Below, piece after piece: positions 29,851-42,825 of a DNA stretch of 64,000 bases. The DNA comes from the human T2T-CHM13v2.0 reference genome, Homo sapiens: the NCBI RefSeq assembly GCF_009914755.1, contig NC_060926.1. One strand, 5' to 3'. Each line of letters opens with the position of its first letter. Position 1 is the stretch's first letter. The notes under the pieces are model-generated. The model saw nothing but the letters and a program-made list of their open reading frames with translations. It searched no databases and was not told where the DNA came from. The translations under genes and the position numbers were made by a program.

Positions 29851-31229
29851 GTGTTTCCTCTCCTGTTCGGTAAGAAGAATAGAATGAGCTGTGTCACCGG
29901 TTTGTTGTAATTGCTAAATAAAATGATTTGTGAGAAGTACTTAGCATAGGGAACATAGTGATGTATCTCCGCCTTGCCAGCGTTCAGACGGGCAAGATTT
30001 CCCACTGAGTGCCCTGTTCCCGTGTTTAGGTTGCCGATGGACTTCTTTCTTAATGTCAGTGGCAACTGTCAAGTCTTATAGTGGCCCAGTCACTTTAAGG
30101 GGACTTTGAAGTCTCTCCTAGGGTTCATCATTTATTGATTTTATATATCAACTCTCAGAAGATGTTTTTATTTCACTTGTTGCCAAGTTTTGGGAAATTT
30201 ATTCTAGTGCCATCCAGATACCACCCACTCATAGGTCCTTCCCCAAAGCAATTCTCCCTGTATTTTCTTTCTCCTTTCTGCCTGGACTGCAGGAATGTCT
30301 GAAGGCTTGTTGGGGTCTGTAGAGAGGTAGGGGAGGGAAGTTCCTAGCAGGGAGCAGAGAAGGACCAGTTGCCAGTCATCCCGGTGAGTGCAGGGCAGTC
30401 CCAGGTGGGTTGGGCATTCTAGAGTGAGGCATTCCAGTTCAGGGATGACTGGGCTGGAAGAATAAACTCCGTGTATTGTTTTCTTATTTTTGCTTTGTTT
30501 TGTTTTGTTTTGTTTTATTGATTAAGAAAGTCTCTCTAAAGAGGAGAATCTTCGCAATCTGACATTCATTGATGTCCTTCAGGTCAGTTAAGTCAGTTGG
30601 GTAGATCCTGGTGTAAGTGAATAAAGTGAAAGCCACAGGTTTTCCTCTGTCTTTGCTGGGTCAGTCAGATTCCCAGGGAACAGCTTTTGCATTATCACAG
30701 GACAAGAAACCAACAGAATTGTATTCCTACTACCCAAGTGCTAATATTTTGTGGGTTTACTTATGTTATCTTTTAATGCTCACAAAATCACTGCGAAATA
30801 CATATTATTACTTCCATTTCCTGCTGAGGAAGGGGAGCATCATCACAACATCACTATGAAATAGATAAATAGATGGCATTATGCCTGTTTACAGCCAAAG
30901 ATCATGGGGCTTAAGGAGGATGACAGCTGTACCGGCTTGGCTGGGACAGCAATATGACCACTGTGGGGCTGCTGCTGGCTGGTTGCCTACACAGGACTTC
31001 TCAGTTGAGGCCATGTTTCAAAGCCTGGTTTTCAGTCTTCAAAGTCTATACATGGGACTCTGTCTGTGAACTCAGAGATGATCAGACTCTACCGTGATAT
31101 ACTCAGGCTGACAAAGTTTTAATATGGATAATGGATTAGCCAGAAACATTATGGCCTTATTCTTAGGGTATTTATTTTTTTCTAAGGATCATGTTCTTCC
31201 TTTTTCTTTCTTCTTCACTGTGTCCCCAT

Positions 31230-31530
31230 TCACCTAGCTACTTCAGGGCCCAGCTTAAACCTGACATCCACCTGGAAGCTTTCCTTGACCCTCCTAATTT
31301 TTGTTGTTTGCCCTCATCTCACCCCCAACTCAAAGTGGTCTAATAAAACTTTGTGCTTCCCCTAGAATGGCTTGTATTGTATTGTTTTCTGCTCACTTGT
31401 CTGGTCACCCTCACTAAAATCAAAGTTCCTCGAGGCCAGGGATTGTATTTCATGTACTGTTCTTTTAGCTAGGACTCAGCACAAGCCTATATACATAGGA
31501 GATGCTCAATAAAATTTTCTTGAATGAGTA
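31230..31530 (+). mobile_element. L2 3' region
   Basis: GGAAGCTTTCCTTGACC...AAGTTCCTCGAGGCCAGGGA...GATGCTCAATAAAATTTTCTTGAATGAGT. Confidence 0.75.
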
Positions 31531-31537
31531 AGAATGG

Positions 31538-31680
31538 TAGACCTGTGTTTAAGTCCTGACCCTGCCACTTTCTACTAGTGTGACTTTCATCAAGTTCCTT
31601 CTGTCCATACAGCCTCAGTTTCCTCATTTATAAAAAGAGAAATTTTGTTGAGATGCTAAGGAGTTCTTTTCAAACATGAA
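31538..31680 (+). mobile_element. MIR
   Basis: AGACCTGTGTTTAAGTCCTG...GCCTCAGTTTCCTCATTTATAAAA. Confidence 0.7.
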
Positions 31681-34600
31681 CATATTGGGATTCTAATGCA
31701 ACTCATTAGCTGTCCCAGCACCATAAATCAACAATCATATCTTGCAAAGTACAAGTTAGGTGGATTGCCTAGACTACTTGAACATGGATTAATTATTTCA
31801 CCCCATCCACTTACATACATTAACAGTCAACAGATTCATACCTGTTTTGTGCTGATATTTCTGTCCTTGATCCCAAGGGTTTACTTATCATAGAATATCC
31901 TCTTCATTTGGACTGACTGGCACACTCAAAAGGAGGCTTTTGAGCCTGAGAAAATAACAAATTCTGCTTATGTTTGCTTTCTTATTCTTGTATCCATCTG
32001 TTTTTTACCTAGGGAGAGTTAATGAAATCTTTTGTTATACTAAGAATTTCAAGTGAATATAATTAAATAAACTATCGTATAAAAACAGCAGTATCAAATA
32101 AGAAAAAAGTCTGCAAATATTGATGATTATTCATGGACTTGAGTTGGTAATAGGCATAATACCATGACTGTGTGAAATATTTGATATGAAAATAAAAGGA
32201 AAATGCAAACTAACATCCCAGCAAAAATGTGCAGTATTAATTGTAAATAATTGCAATAGCTCACATGTGATGTCTGCTTAGCTAACTCCTAACTAATGGA
32301 GGAATCCATGTCACACTGCAAGATTGTATTGGAGGCTTACAGATTTTCAAGATGTTGCCTTCTACATTCCTAAAGCTTATTACCATAGAAATCAAAATCT
32401 TACCATATCTCAGGTACTTCTTGCTAGTAAATTAAACACATTTAGATGCTTTATTAATATATAGTATGTAATAAACCAAAGTAGTAATTTACTAAGAGTT
32501 TCTATAGGTGCAATTAATTTTTCCAAAATTTGCTCAACATTTGCTGGTGACTGTCACTAATCGAAGACTCAAAAATAGACTAAACACTTTTCAGAAATTA
32601 CTTCTTAACCTTACTGCAAAGTCGTAATATTATTGAAAAGATATACCTGAGAGGATAAAACATCAGTATTCTAAGTAAACTCACTACAAATAAATTTTAG
32701 TCTGTATTTCGTTAAACATTTTCTTGCCCTGTACAGAATTTCTTTTATCTTTGGGCAAAAACTGTGTTTAGCTTAGCTTATAGGCTAATTAACATTAAGT
32801 TGGGTTTTTTTCCCCCACTCTCTCTTTCTTCATTACTTTCATGCCTTCTTGCTTATTTTGCAATCATGATGATCTCTGACCTGCTTACTCAGCAAAGCCC
32901 ACTTCCAGGTCAGGGCCATGACCTCGTGTGGACAGAACACAGTCTTCTAGCAACACACCAGGAAACAGCAAAGACAAATGGATTTGTTGTTTCTGTGAAC
33001 ACAAGTTATTCTGTACTCAAATCGTAGTCAGTGAAAATGATCTGATGACTCAAAATCTTGGTACAGAAGCCTAGATGAAAATCTATACTTTTCAAGAAAA
33101 TAAGAGTATGTCTTTATTTCATATGGAAAATAAATTATGTGGTTTGTTTGCGTGCAGCGTTTGCATTTGATCATAGATTACCTAAATTACTTTCTAAAAA
33201 GTAGATTGAAAAAGTTAAGAAAGGAATGCCCATATTTACATATCCCAGTATTGAAAGTGAATTCCAATTTATGCTACATATGGAGTAAATGAATGTGTGA
33301 ATGAAAGTTCAGATCCTAAAAGTTATTGATCATGTTGATGATCAACTGAATCACATTGTAAATTTAGCTGCATTCTTTAAAAATGTTACTTATTTTCAGA
33401 TTCAGATAAATGGTTCCTAACTGGTAAGTGATAAGAGTTGTAGTTTATAAACAATGTAGTATTTTGTCTCATGGTTCTGATTTTTAAATTACTATACTTA
33501 ATTTGGTATTCAAAACAGCGTTATAAGAAAGTAAGAAAGTTTTCATTATAAAAAGTTTGAGAAACCTGGTTTTAACTAATCTGCCCTAAGAAAAGAAGTT
33601 GATGAATGGCAGGATTTGTAACAGAGCAGAAACAGAAGGGAAATGAGCTTTTTCACTGTAATAGTTCAGTGGGTTGTTTCCGTGGAGCAGGAATCCCGAA
33701 CTTCTCAGGGAGGCAGAGGTGTGAGAATCCAAAAACCCAAAAGAAGATGCATACTTGGTGAAGTTAAAAGGAAGAAGAAAAAAATTCAGTGTCCAGGAGA
33801 GTTCCTCACATGTGGTGGACAATACATAGTTTAGTTGACTCAATGAACTTAGACCATTCAGTCATATTGGGCACTGGTATAATTTAGTTCTGCTATAATG
33901 TACAAAAATGACACAGAGGTAGTAAGAGTGATGAGAGACTTAAGCTCTTTCGGCATCTGCTTGAAGTCTTATTCATGTTTAAATGAAAATGGGGTCTCAG
34001 ATACTAATTTGCCTCACTGCCATTTTCTCTCTAGAGAAGTAAAGTAAATGAAGGAAACTGCTATTTTGGACCTAATTTTAACCAAGAAAAGATTGGTTGG
34101 TAAAATAGAAGTAGAAGGAATCTTTATCAATTTATTTGATAAATACATGTTGAGTGTCTGCTGTGGGCCAGCACTTGGGGGATTGTGACCACAATGTTTA
34201 AGCTTTTGTGCTAACTAAGGAGCAGATGGTGGATATAGCAGACATGTATTACAGACTTCAGGGGGAAATCCCAAATATTTCAGAGAAGAAGAAGATATAG
34301 TTCTATAGCCGGAGACTCTGAAAGAGAAGATGACTGAAGAGATGAGAAGCCCATCTCTACATTCAAATTAGGGCTCTTTCTAGGTACTCCTAAAGCTCCT
34401 CAAACAGTCTTGGCACATAGCTGATACCCAGTAAGTTTTACATATACATATATAAAATATGTGTGTATATGTATAAAATGAAAGAATCAACAATGAAATC
34501 TTGATAATATAATCATGATTATGTTTCCAAATTACCAAAGATAATGTACACATTCTGTCTTACACATACACATGTACTCCAAGTCTAACAGTCCATAACT

Positions 34601-34700
34601 GTTTGAATGATTAGAATTAGAGATTTGATAGTTCTAAAAAAAAAAAAAAAAGAAGAGAGATAGTTATGGCTGCAAAGGGCATGTTCAAATTAACTCATAA

Positions 34701-35162
<462 letters not shown>

Positions 35163-36139
35163 TAATAAGTATTAAGTACTGGATAATAAGTATAAATTAA
35201 GTATAATATATAAAAAAATCCTAAAAACAACCAAAGACATAAAAAGCTGGTAAGAAACAATCCTACAGAAAATAATGGTGACAGAATAATCCAGATATGG
35301 AAGACTGGAATCCTAGTGATGTCGAGTTTTGTGCATTTTTTAATAATGATGTAGTTATTTCTGTCAAGACTGCGATATTATTTTTATCTTTTTTATTATA
35401 CAGATTTGTTTTAGTTTCGTAAAGAAAAAAAATAAGAAAGAGACAAGATCTCTGATGAGAGAAAAACAAAGTACTATTGCTCCCTTCTTATTCTTGCCTT
35501 TTAATCAAGGATACTGATTTCTCACCTGTAAGGGTAAAACAAAATGTGAGTAAGAAGGAACTGAGGTCCCCAGCAGTGTAGTGCTAGGCCCTTAGTGCCT
35601 CGTCATGGACTGGGGCCACCTGGCCCGGATTGCATCACATGCCTTGCTCACCTGTGACTGTTGCTGCAGTCAGTCATCTGTGAGAATGGCAAAGAATGGA
35701 GAAAGCCCCCAGAAGCTTGGCGATTGACAAAAAGAGAAAACATAAAAGCTCAGCAAAATTCTGGAATTTATTCTGAAAACAGAAAACACTCAGAAAAGCA
35801 AGTGATAATCATTAGGCTCCAAGAAGTCAAGCAGGACTAAGTGATTTTCCTGTTCAATAGAATAAATGGAATGCAAAGTGAAGAGAATGTAATAGATATG
35901 GTGTATATGAATTTCATCAACGCAGTTTTCACAATATCTCGGGGTTTCATTATGGATTTAATGGAGAAATAAGAACTGAATAACAGAATAGTTTCAATGG
36001 ATTCACAACTAGGTTTGCATAACAAACCCAGAGAGTGCCAAAGAATGGGTCAGTGTAATTGCGGAGGGTAACCAGTATAGACTCTGTTCTATTCCAGATC
36101 TCTCTTTATCAGTGACATGAATGGTGATGATTTTGATGA

Positions 36140-36362
36140 AACAATAGAAATAACTGACATTTATTGAACTCTTATGTGTCAAAAACTGTTCTATTATTCT
36201 ATATATATTAGTTTATTTAATCTTCACAATTCTGTGTAGTTGATATTGATAACCTTTTATCTCCACTTTATGAATGAGTAAACTGCAACACAGAGAGTTT
36301 AATTTCCTCAAGGTCACACAGTTCCTAAGTGGCAGAGCTGAGATTCAAGCCCAGACTGTGTA
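36140..36362 (-). mobile_element. MIR inserted in the L3 relic
   Basis: CATTTATTGAACTCTTATGTGTC...CAAGGTCACACAG...GCTGAGATTCAAGCCCAG. Confidence 0.8.
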
Positions 36363-37677
36363 CTTAATGGCATAAGTGACATAAATGATATCCTTCAATT
36401 TGTGAATGACCAAAGTGAAATGGACAGCTAAAGTGGAAAGTTACAGATTTGCTACCCGAAAGAACCTTAATAGGCTTGAGAAATCAGCCAGATTAGTACG
36501 ACAAAATTAATTTGAGCCAAATGTAAACACATGCACTTAAGGTTCAAAAAGAAAAATCAACTGCCAAAGTAAAGATTGGGGAAATGGGACTCAGGTCATA
36601 TGAGGAAATCTTGGGGGTTTTAATTGATTGTCGGCTCATTATGATCAGTGTATACCGTGATGTGATTATCAAGAAAATGCAATCTTAGGCTGCATTTAAA
36701 AATGAATAAAACCACTGAGTATATATATGTATATATGTATCTCAGGGTGGGAAGAATAAAGTTCTCAAGTTCTGACAAGACAAAATGTCTTATCCACAAA
36801 TTAATTTAGGAATGTATTATATAAAGTTCTTTCCAACTCTGACATCCTTTGATTCCATGAACAAGTCTGTACTAGGATAGAGGAAAGCATACGTAAGATG
36901 AATCTGAGAATTTTGGAAGAGTGACCAGGTTTAAGGAGTGTCTGAAGGCAGAGCTAGCACATTCATGGAAGGCAGTTGCCTCCGTCTTAGCTAAGGGTTT
37001 AGTCACAAGTAGACTTGTACAGAAAAAGCTCTTTTAGGATGCATGGATCCCCATTGTAGAATATGTTTGAGCAAGGTCTGGATGGCTATTTAATGAGGAT
37101 ATTGACTGCGGGATTAACTTACAGCTCAGGAGTATGTATCTCAGGGTGAGAAGACTCCAGACTATGTCAAATGAGGAATAAGTGCACTCTCAAGAATAAA
37201 GTTCTCAAGATCTGCCAAGACAAAATGTCTTATCTACAAATTAATTTGGGAATGGATAAATTCCCTTATACATAGAGTCCCAGGACTCCAGAAGAGTAAA
37301 CAGTTACTGGATGTTGAGTTCAGTGTTGAAGCTTCACCAACTTGCAGATTGTGGGTACATTAGGACCAGGAGATGCTTCTCATGAAGGTTGGGTTGAGTT
37401 ACAAACCAACCCAAACATGCAAAATCTGTTAGAAGATATTTGTGTCATCGAACAGCTTCTTTAGATTTTGCTTTGAACGGTAAGTCATACCGTGTTTTCT
37501 AACAAAGCCGTAGATTTGAGGCATTTCTGGCCCTGCCTGCAGGAAGAAAGGCTCTTTCCATCACCATCTCAGACTCCCAGGCATAAAAACCCAAAGGAAA
37601 TAATTGACTTCTGAGAGTGTGCCTTGTAGGTATCAGCTGGACTTGACTTGGCTTCAATTTTTGCTTCAAGCTTTCAG

Positions 37678-37813
37678 ACAACACATGACTAAGACAGAAT
37701 GAGACCACTCTAGTTGCCTCATGGGAAACTCGGGAAAAGACTGCAAAAACAACATTGTTTCTCCCTTTGGAATTCTGGAGTTATAAGGCAGAGGTCCCCC
37801 ATCTTCCCGAACT
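37678..37813 (+). other. Candidate non-coding 5'UTR exon
   Basis: Acceptor tttttgcttcaagctttcag|, donor ACT|GTAAGT at 37814; 136 nt of apparently unique sequence. Confidence 0.4.
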
Positions 37814-38254
37814 GTAAGTGAATTCCCTCTCCATTATCCTCATTCAATGGCCAGCCAGCTTCTGCTTGAACAGATTCTGTGACAGGAGTCTCACTACCTC
37901 CCAGGACAGCTTCACCTGCCCTTTAATGACACCAAATGTAACAGGAATAAAGGGAAAGGAACATAAGGAGATAGTAAGTTAAGGAATGGATAAGAAAGAA
38001 TGTGGCCCAGGAAAGGGTATTCCATGGTGGTTTGTCCTCACTGGGAAGTGGGGAGCAAAATTTAACGCACTGAGAAAATGTTGTTCCTCCCATTGATAAT
38101 TTTCCTTCCCCCTTTGGCATTTTTGCCAAGCCAGCTTTACATCTACGATTCTAATTTTTGTGAATACTAAGATGTTGCAACTGGAATGAACCCTCTAAAT
38201 AATTTTTAAGCTACATATTCCCTTAATTTGTATTGAACCAAAACAATGGCACCA

Positions 38255-38430
38255 GACTAGTGGAATGAGGACCAGCTTCGGAGTTAGTTTGAGAGGTTTC
38301 AGTCCCAGCCTTGCTGTTGACTAGCTCTGGGACCTGGGCCTTAACATATAAGCCTTAGTTCCCTCATCTCTAAAATGGAGATAATAATACCTACATGCAG
38401 ATACATTGTGAGGTCTCAGTGAAATAGAAT
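38255..38430 (+). mobile_element. MIR
   Basis: CCTTAGTTCCCTCATCTCTAAAATGGAGATAATAATACCTAC. Confidence 0.78.
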
Positions 38431-38454
38431 CATCCAGTGTGGTGCCTAAAGAGG

Positions 38455-38560
38455 GTTTTGTTTGGTTTGTTCACTGCTGTATCCCCAGCACCTAGGATGG
38501 TACCTGGCACAGAGCAGGTGCCCACTAAGTGCTAAAATGAATACTGAATGAATGAATGAC
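38455..38560 (+). mobile_element. L2 3' end
   Basis: TTGTTCACTGCTGTATCCCCAGCACCTAG...CCTGGCACAGAG...TGAATGAATGA. Confidence 0.8.
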
Positions 38561-38736
38561 TGTGGTCAGTAAATGATAGCTATTGCTAAAGGCATGGCAG
38601 AGCTGTCAGACACAAGAAGTGTTTGTAAAGCAAGAGGCTGATTATTCAGAGGCTTGAAGGATAATGCTTTGTCATAAGCTAAATTAATTTTTCCCCACCA
38701 TACAGCATGGCTTTAGGATTCTTCAAAAACTAACTA

Positions 38737-38851
38737 CGTTGGTCTGATGGTAGTGGGTTACCAGAACTTATTAACATTAGTGTCACTAAAGTTGGCATAT
38801 AATCCCCCTGTGCTAAATTTGACTGCCTTAACAAAAAAAAAAAAAAAAAAA
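38737..38851 (+). pseudogene. Processed Y4 RNA (RNY4-derived) pseudogene
   Basis: Near full-length match to hY4 (TGGTCtGATGGTAGTGGGTTAcCAGAACTTATTAACATTAGTGTCACTAAAGTTGG...TGCTAAATTTGACTG), poly(A) 38830-38851, TSD AAAACTAACTA (38726-36) / AAAACTGACTA (38856-66). Confidence 0.95.
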
Positions 38852-39840
38852 GAACAAAACTGACTAATACTGTGACCATTAGAGTCTTTCCTCCATCCTT
38901 ACCCTATGTTCTGTATGAAACATCTAGAGGGGTCGCATTCTGTCTAGTCAAGTATCATTCGAAAGCTTGGAACAAAAAATGAAACCAAGACTTAAAGACT
39001 GGCTGGTAGCCATTCAGAAATAGATACAAATGTAGATTAAGTTTTGAAGACATTTTTCTTTTCTAATACCTCCTCGCATTTTTAAGAGAAGCATTTAGTA
39101 AAACAAACAAGAGTGTCTTTTCAGTGTCTGGTTATCTCTTTTTCCAGACTGAGTTTGGTAAATTATGTAATATTTGGTGTTAGTCATCTCACAGGATGTA
39201 AAATCAGGTAAAAATAAAACCAAAAGGAATCTTAAATATAATTTATGAGTTACTTTCCTAGAGGTAAGTGTAACTCGCCTATATAATTTTATTTTTTTGG
39301 AGTCCTTTAATATTTGTTAGATTAAAGCATATATTTTTACAAAACTGAAAGTACTGAAAGTCAGCTTGCACCAATTTGAAGTTATTTTAAAAGATCCTGT
39401 TTTCAATTCAGTATTTCAAGAATAATAGAGAAAATGCATAAGGTCTAGATTCAGAACCATGTAACCAAAAATGACAGTGGGGTGGGAGGGAGAATTGGGC
39501 TGGGATAGGATGAGAAGGAACTTTCCCATTTACTAAAAGAAAAATGAAACAAGGATATTACCTCTAGCTGCATTACGAACAGAACAAATGTAAACCACAC
39601 CATATAGACACCTTCTCAAATACTGCCTTCTGATGTCATCTCATTGCTTACTGCCTGCTAATCTTATCTCCCTGCAGGAGCCAATCTTAAATTTATACTG
39701 CATCATAATTAACTAAATACATTGCATCTAGCAGAGACAAATCGTGGCCTCCCAGTAAATATTTATTAACTGACTTTTGTGTGCTAAGCAGGTAGGTTTT
39801 ATTTCTGGCTTTACACATTAGTCACTGTTTCTGCAAGTGA

Positions 39841-39854
39841 AGTTTCACTTTCGC
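39841..39854. promoter_or_regulatory. Consensus ISRE/IRF element AGTTTCACTTTCGC
   Basis: Exact match to AGTTTCNNTTTCNY in apparently unique sequence; function not shown. Confidence 0.55.
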
Positions 39855-41188
39855 TCTTCCTCATACCTGCAGTGCCATTCCGATCATTGCCAGTATTGCC
39901 TCAAAGTAGTGCAAAAGAGCACTCCCTCTCTGAAGCCCTCTTTGATTAAGCTCACCTAAACTAAAGCCATCTCATCCCTCCAGAAGCCACTTTATGTACA
40001 TGGTTGTAGTCATTTCAGAATGATTTGTTGACCATTTTGTTACATTCTTATTTCTCTTGGTTTTGATCCCCCTGTGCATGGCAATATACACCCCCACCAA
40101 GAATAGGCATTGGGTCTCAGTTGTCACAGGGACACACACACACAGGCACCCTCTACATGTAGTGTCTGGCCCAGGAGGAGCACACTCAAAGGACATGTTC
40201 CACAGTTAGATAATGAAATTGTTAGCATTAGTAAGATAAAACAGACATTCCTAATTATTTGTCTCTACGAATCGGCCAAGAATGGGTATAAATGGAACCA
40301 AAGCTGTGAGAGATGGACCTATTTCACCAAACAAGTAATCAAAACCTAATATATTTACACCTCAAAATTGGTGTTAGGTAGATTGAATAACTATGAAAGT
40401 CTTCCAAAGGGAAATAATATATGGTATTATATTTAGCTGAGAGGCCTGTGCATTATTTGAGCCACTGTACTAAAAAAGTTTTGTTTCATTCAATCTTTAG
40501 AAAAATGATTTGGAAGAGATTAAACTATGTATTGCTAATGCTTGTACACCATTGGAAGCATCTGGTACTTTCTGAACTTCCCCCAGTGTGAGTTGAGCCA
40601 TAGGGCAGGCTAGAGCTCCGTGCAAAGTAGAGAGGATGTGTGTCTGCACTCCATCCTTTTATGCTACAAACTAAGAGTGTGGCCAAGGCAGGCCATGAGG
40701 TGGTTTATGAAGCGTCCGTAAAGTGCATGTAGGTGCCAACAGCAATGAAAATCCCTCTCTGTGCTGGAGTTACATGGGTATATAGGAGTGAGGCTAATGG
40801 TTAAATGTGTTTAGCATTGGGTGAAAATGAATTTTTTTTTCATACTCCATAGAAAAGGTTAACTTCAGTCTTTCTTTTTTGGACAAAAGTGTAGGCTTTG
40901 ATCGAGAGGAACTAGAGAGCTGTAGTCTAGTGACTTTATCCTGGGTATAAGGCTCTACAGTAAGAAGAAATAAAATCAGTAAAAGATGGTAGGCAAGTTA
41001 CCAGGTTAAAGAGGGGATACATGAGGCCCAATAAGGATGATATAGAAGGTTTGGGTGCTTATGATTAGACCTTGACTCTGATAATGGCTAAAAGATATTG
41101 CAAGGTTGGAGGTATGCTGGGAGGAAGAGCAGAGTGGATTAGAAGGTGTGTGAAATGATGTGGCTAGAACAATATTGGACAATGCTGG

Positions 41189-41528
<340 letters not shown>

Positions 41529-42474
41529 TAGTATGAGGGGTTAAAAACTGGAGAAAAAATTATTAAAAATTCATTGCAAGCAAGACAGGAAGAATAAAAT
41601 GAGAGGACATTTATTCCTTTCTTTCCATGTGTCTTCATTGAACACTTAGCTTGTCAAAGGCATTGTATTTGGAACTTTGGAAGAGAGAAAGGCAAAGTGG
41701 AATTTATCAGAAGCAGTCTTTTTAAAAGGAAGGAATTCTTTTTGTAACGTATTAAATCTGTTAAAGTCATGTATATTTGAAGCACTTTAAAACTATTTAT
41801 TAATTTCCCATTACAGCATATTTCAGGTGACAAATTTCTATTTTGTATTACAGCTGGAAATGGAAAGTTCACTAAGATAGTAAATATGACCCCCTAGAAT
41901 CCTGAGCATATAATAAATGATCAAAATGAGTTTTTATTATCTGTGACTGCATTAGAATAAACTAAAGGGAATTAAAATCATATGAATTCTTTCTTTTATT
42001 CATGTTGATACAATTACCTGAAATCATGTATGGAAAGAGGTTTAGTAATTTTTAGATTGTTCCCTTATTAGCTCCAAGGCTTTATTTGAACTTTGCTCTT
42101 TCTATGTTATGACTGTTTGTTGTCCTTTGAAGACAAGTACCTTAAGCTGTGAATTTGGTCACGAAAGCACTGAGCACATCTGATAGCTACAAGGCAGGAA
42201 ATCGTGACCTGACATGGGTTTCCGATCCATTCTATGCAGAAGTGGTATTGTAGTAATGGATTTGCTTCTGCCAGTGCAGCTGTTTTAAAAGCATGGAACA
42301 CAAATGACCCTGTGGACACAGACAGAGCCCTGAGAGTTCGTATTTCCTTAGCAGGGCTGCAGTCAGGCCCCTAGCTTCGGGCCGCCACCCTCTCCTCTCT
42401 GGAGTCACCCCACCTCTCCCATCAGGTGACAGTATGAGTTGGAAAAGGGACGGGTGTAGCCACACCAGGACAAC

Positions 42475-42610
42475 TTGTGGTCAGAAGGTCAGGTTTCAAG
42501 GGCCGGCTCCGTTACTGGCTGGATGCATGTTGGTAACCTCATAATCCTTAGATTCTCACCTGTAAAATGAGGACAGTGGGAAAGCTACCACATGAGCTAT
42601 GAGAGCATCT
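42475..42610 (+). mobile_element. MIR fragment
   Basis: TTCTCACCTGTAAAATGAGGACAGT. Confidence 0.6.
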
Positions 42611-42624
42611 ATTTATATTCTTTT

Positions 42625-42825
42625 ATAGCACTTTTATAGCACTTGCTGTGTGCCAGGCACTGTTGTAATCACTTTACAAACATGAACTCATTTCATCCTT
42701 CTTACCACGCTATGCCGTAGTTACTATTATTATCCCTATTTTACTGATGAGGAAACACGGCCTAGATCAAGGTACTTGCCCAAATCCCAAAACTAGTAAG
42801 AGGTAGAGCTGGGATTCAATCTTGG
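42625..42825 (-). mobile_element. MIR
   Basis: GCACTTGCTGTGTGCCAGGCACTGTT...TTTTACTGATGAGGAAAC...GCTGGGATTCAA. Confidence 0.82.

Noticed and set aside
42157-42209. 8-bp inverted repeat GGTCACGA...TCGTGACC
   Set aside because: Short stem with a long spacer, no TSD or extension; compatible with chance.
42621-42642. 11-bp tandem TTTTATAGCAC x2 (and the TTAGTAATT hairpin/repeats at 47433-47475)
   Set aside because: Ordinary slippage-scale duplications in AT-rich or MIR sequence.
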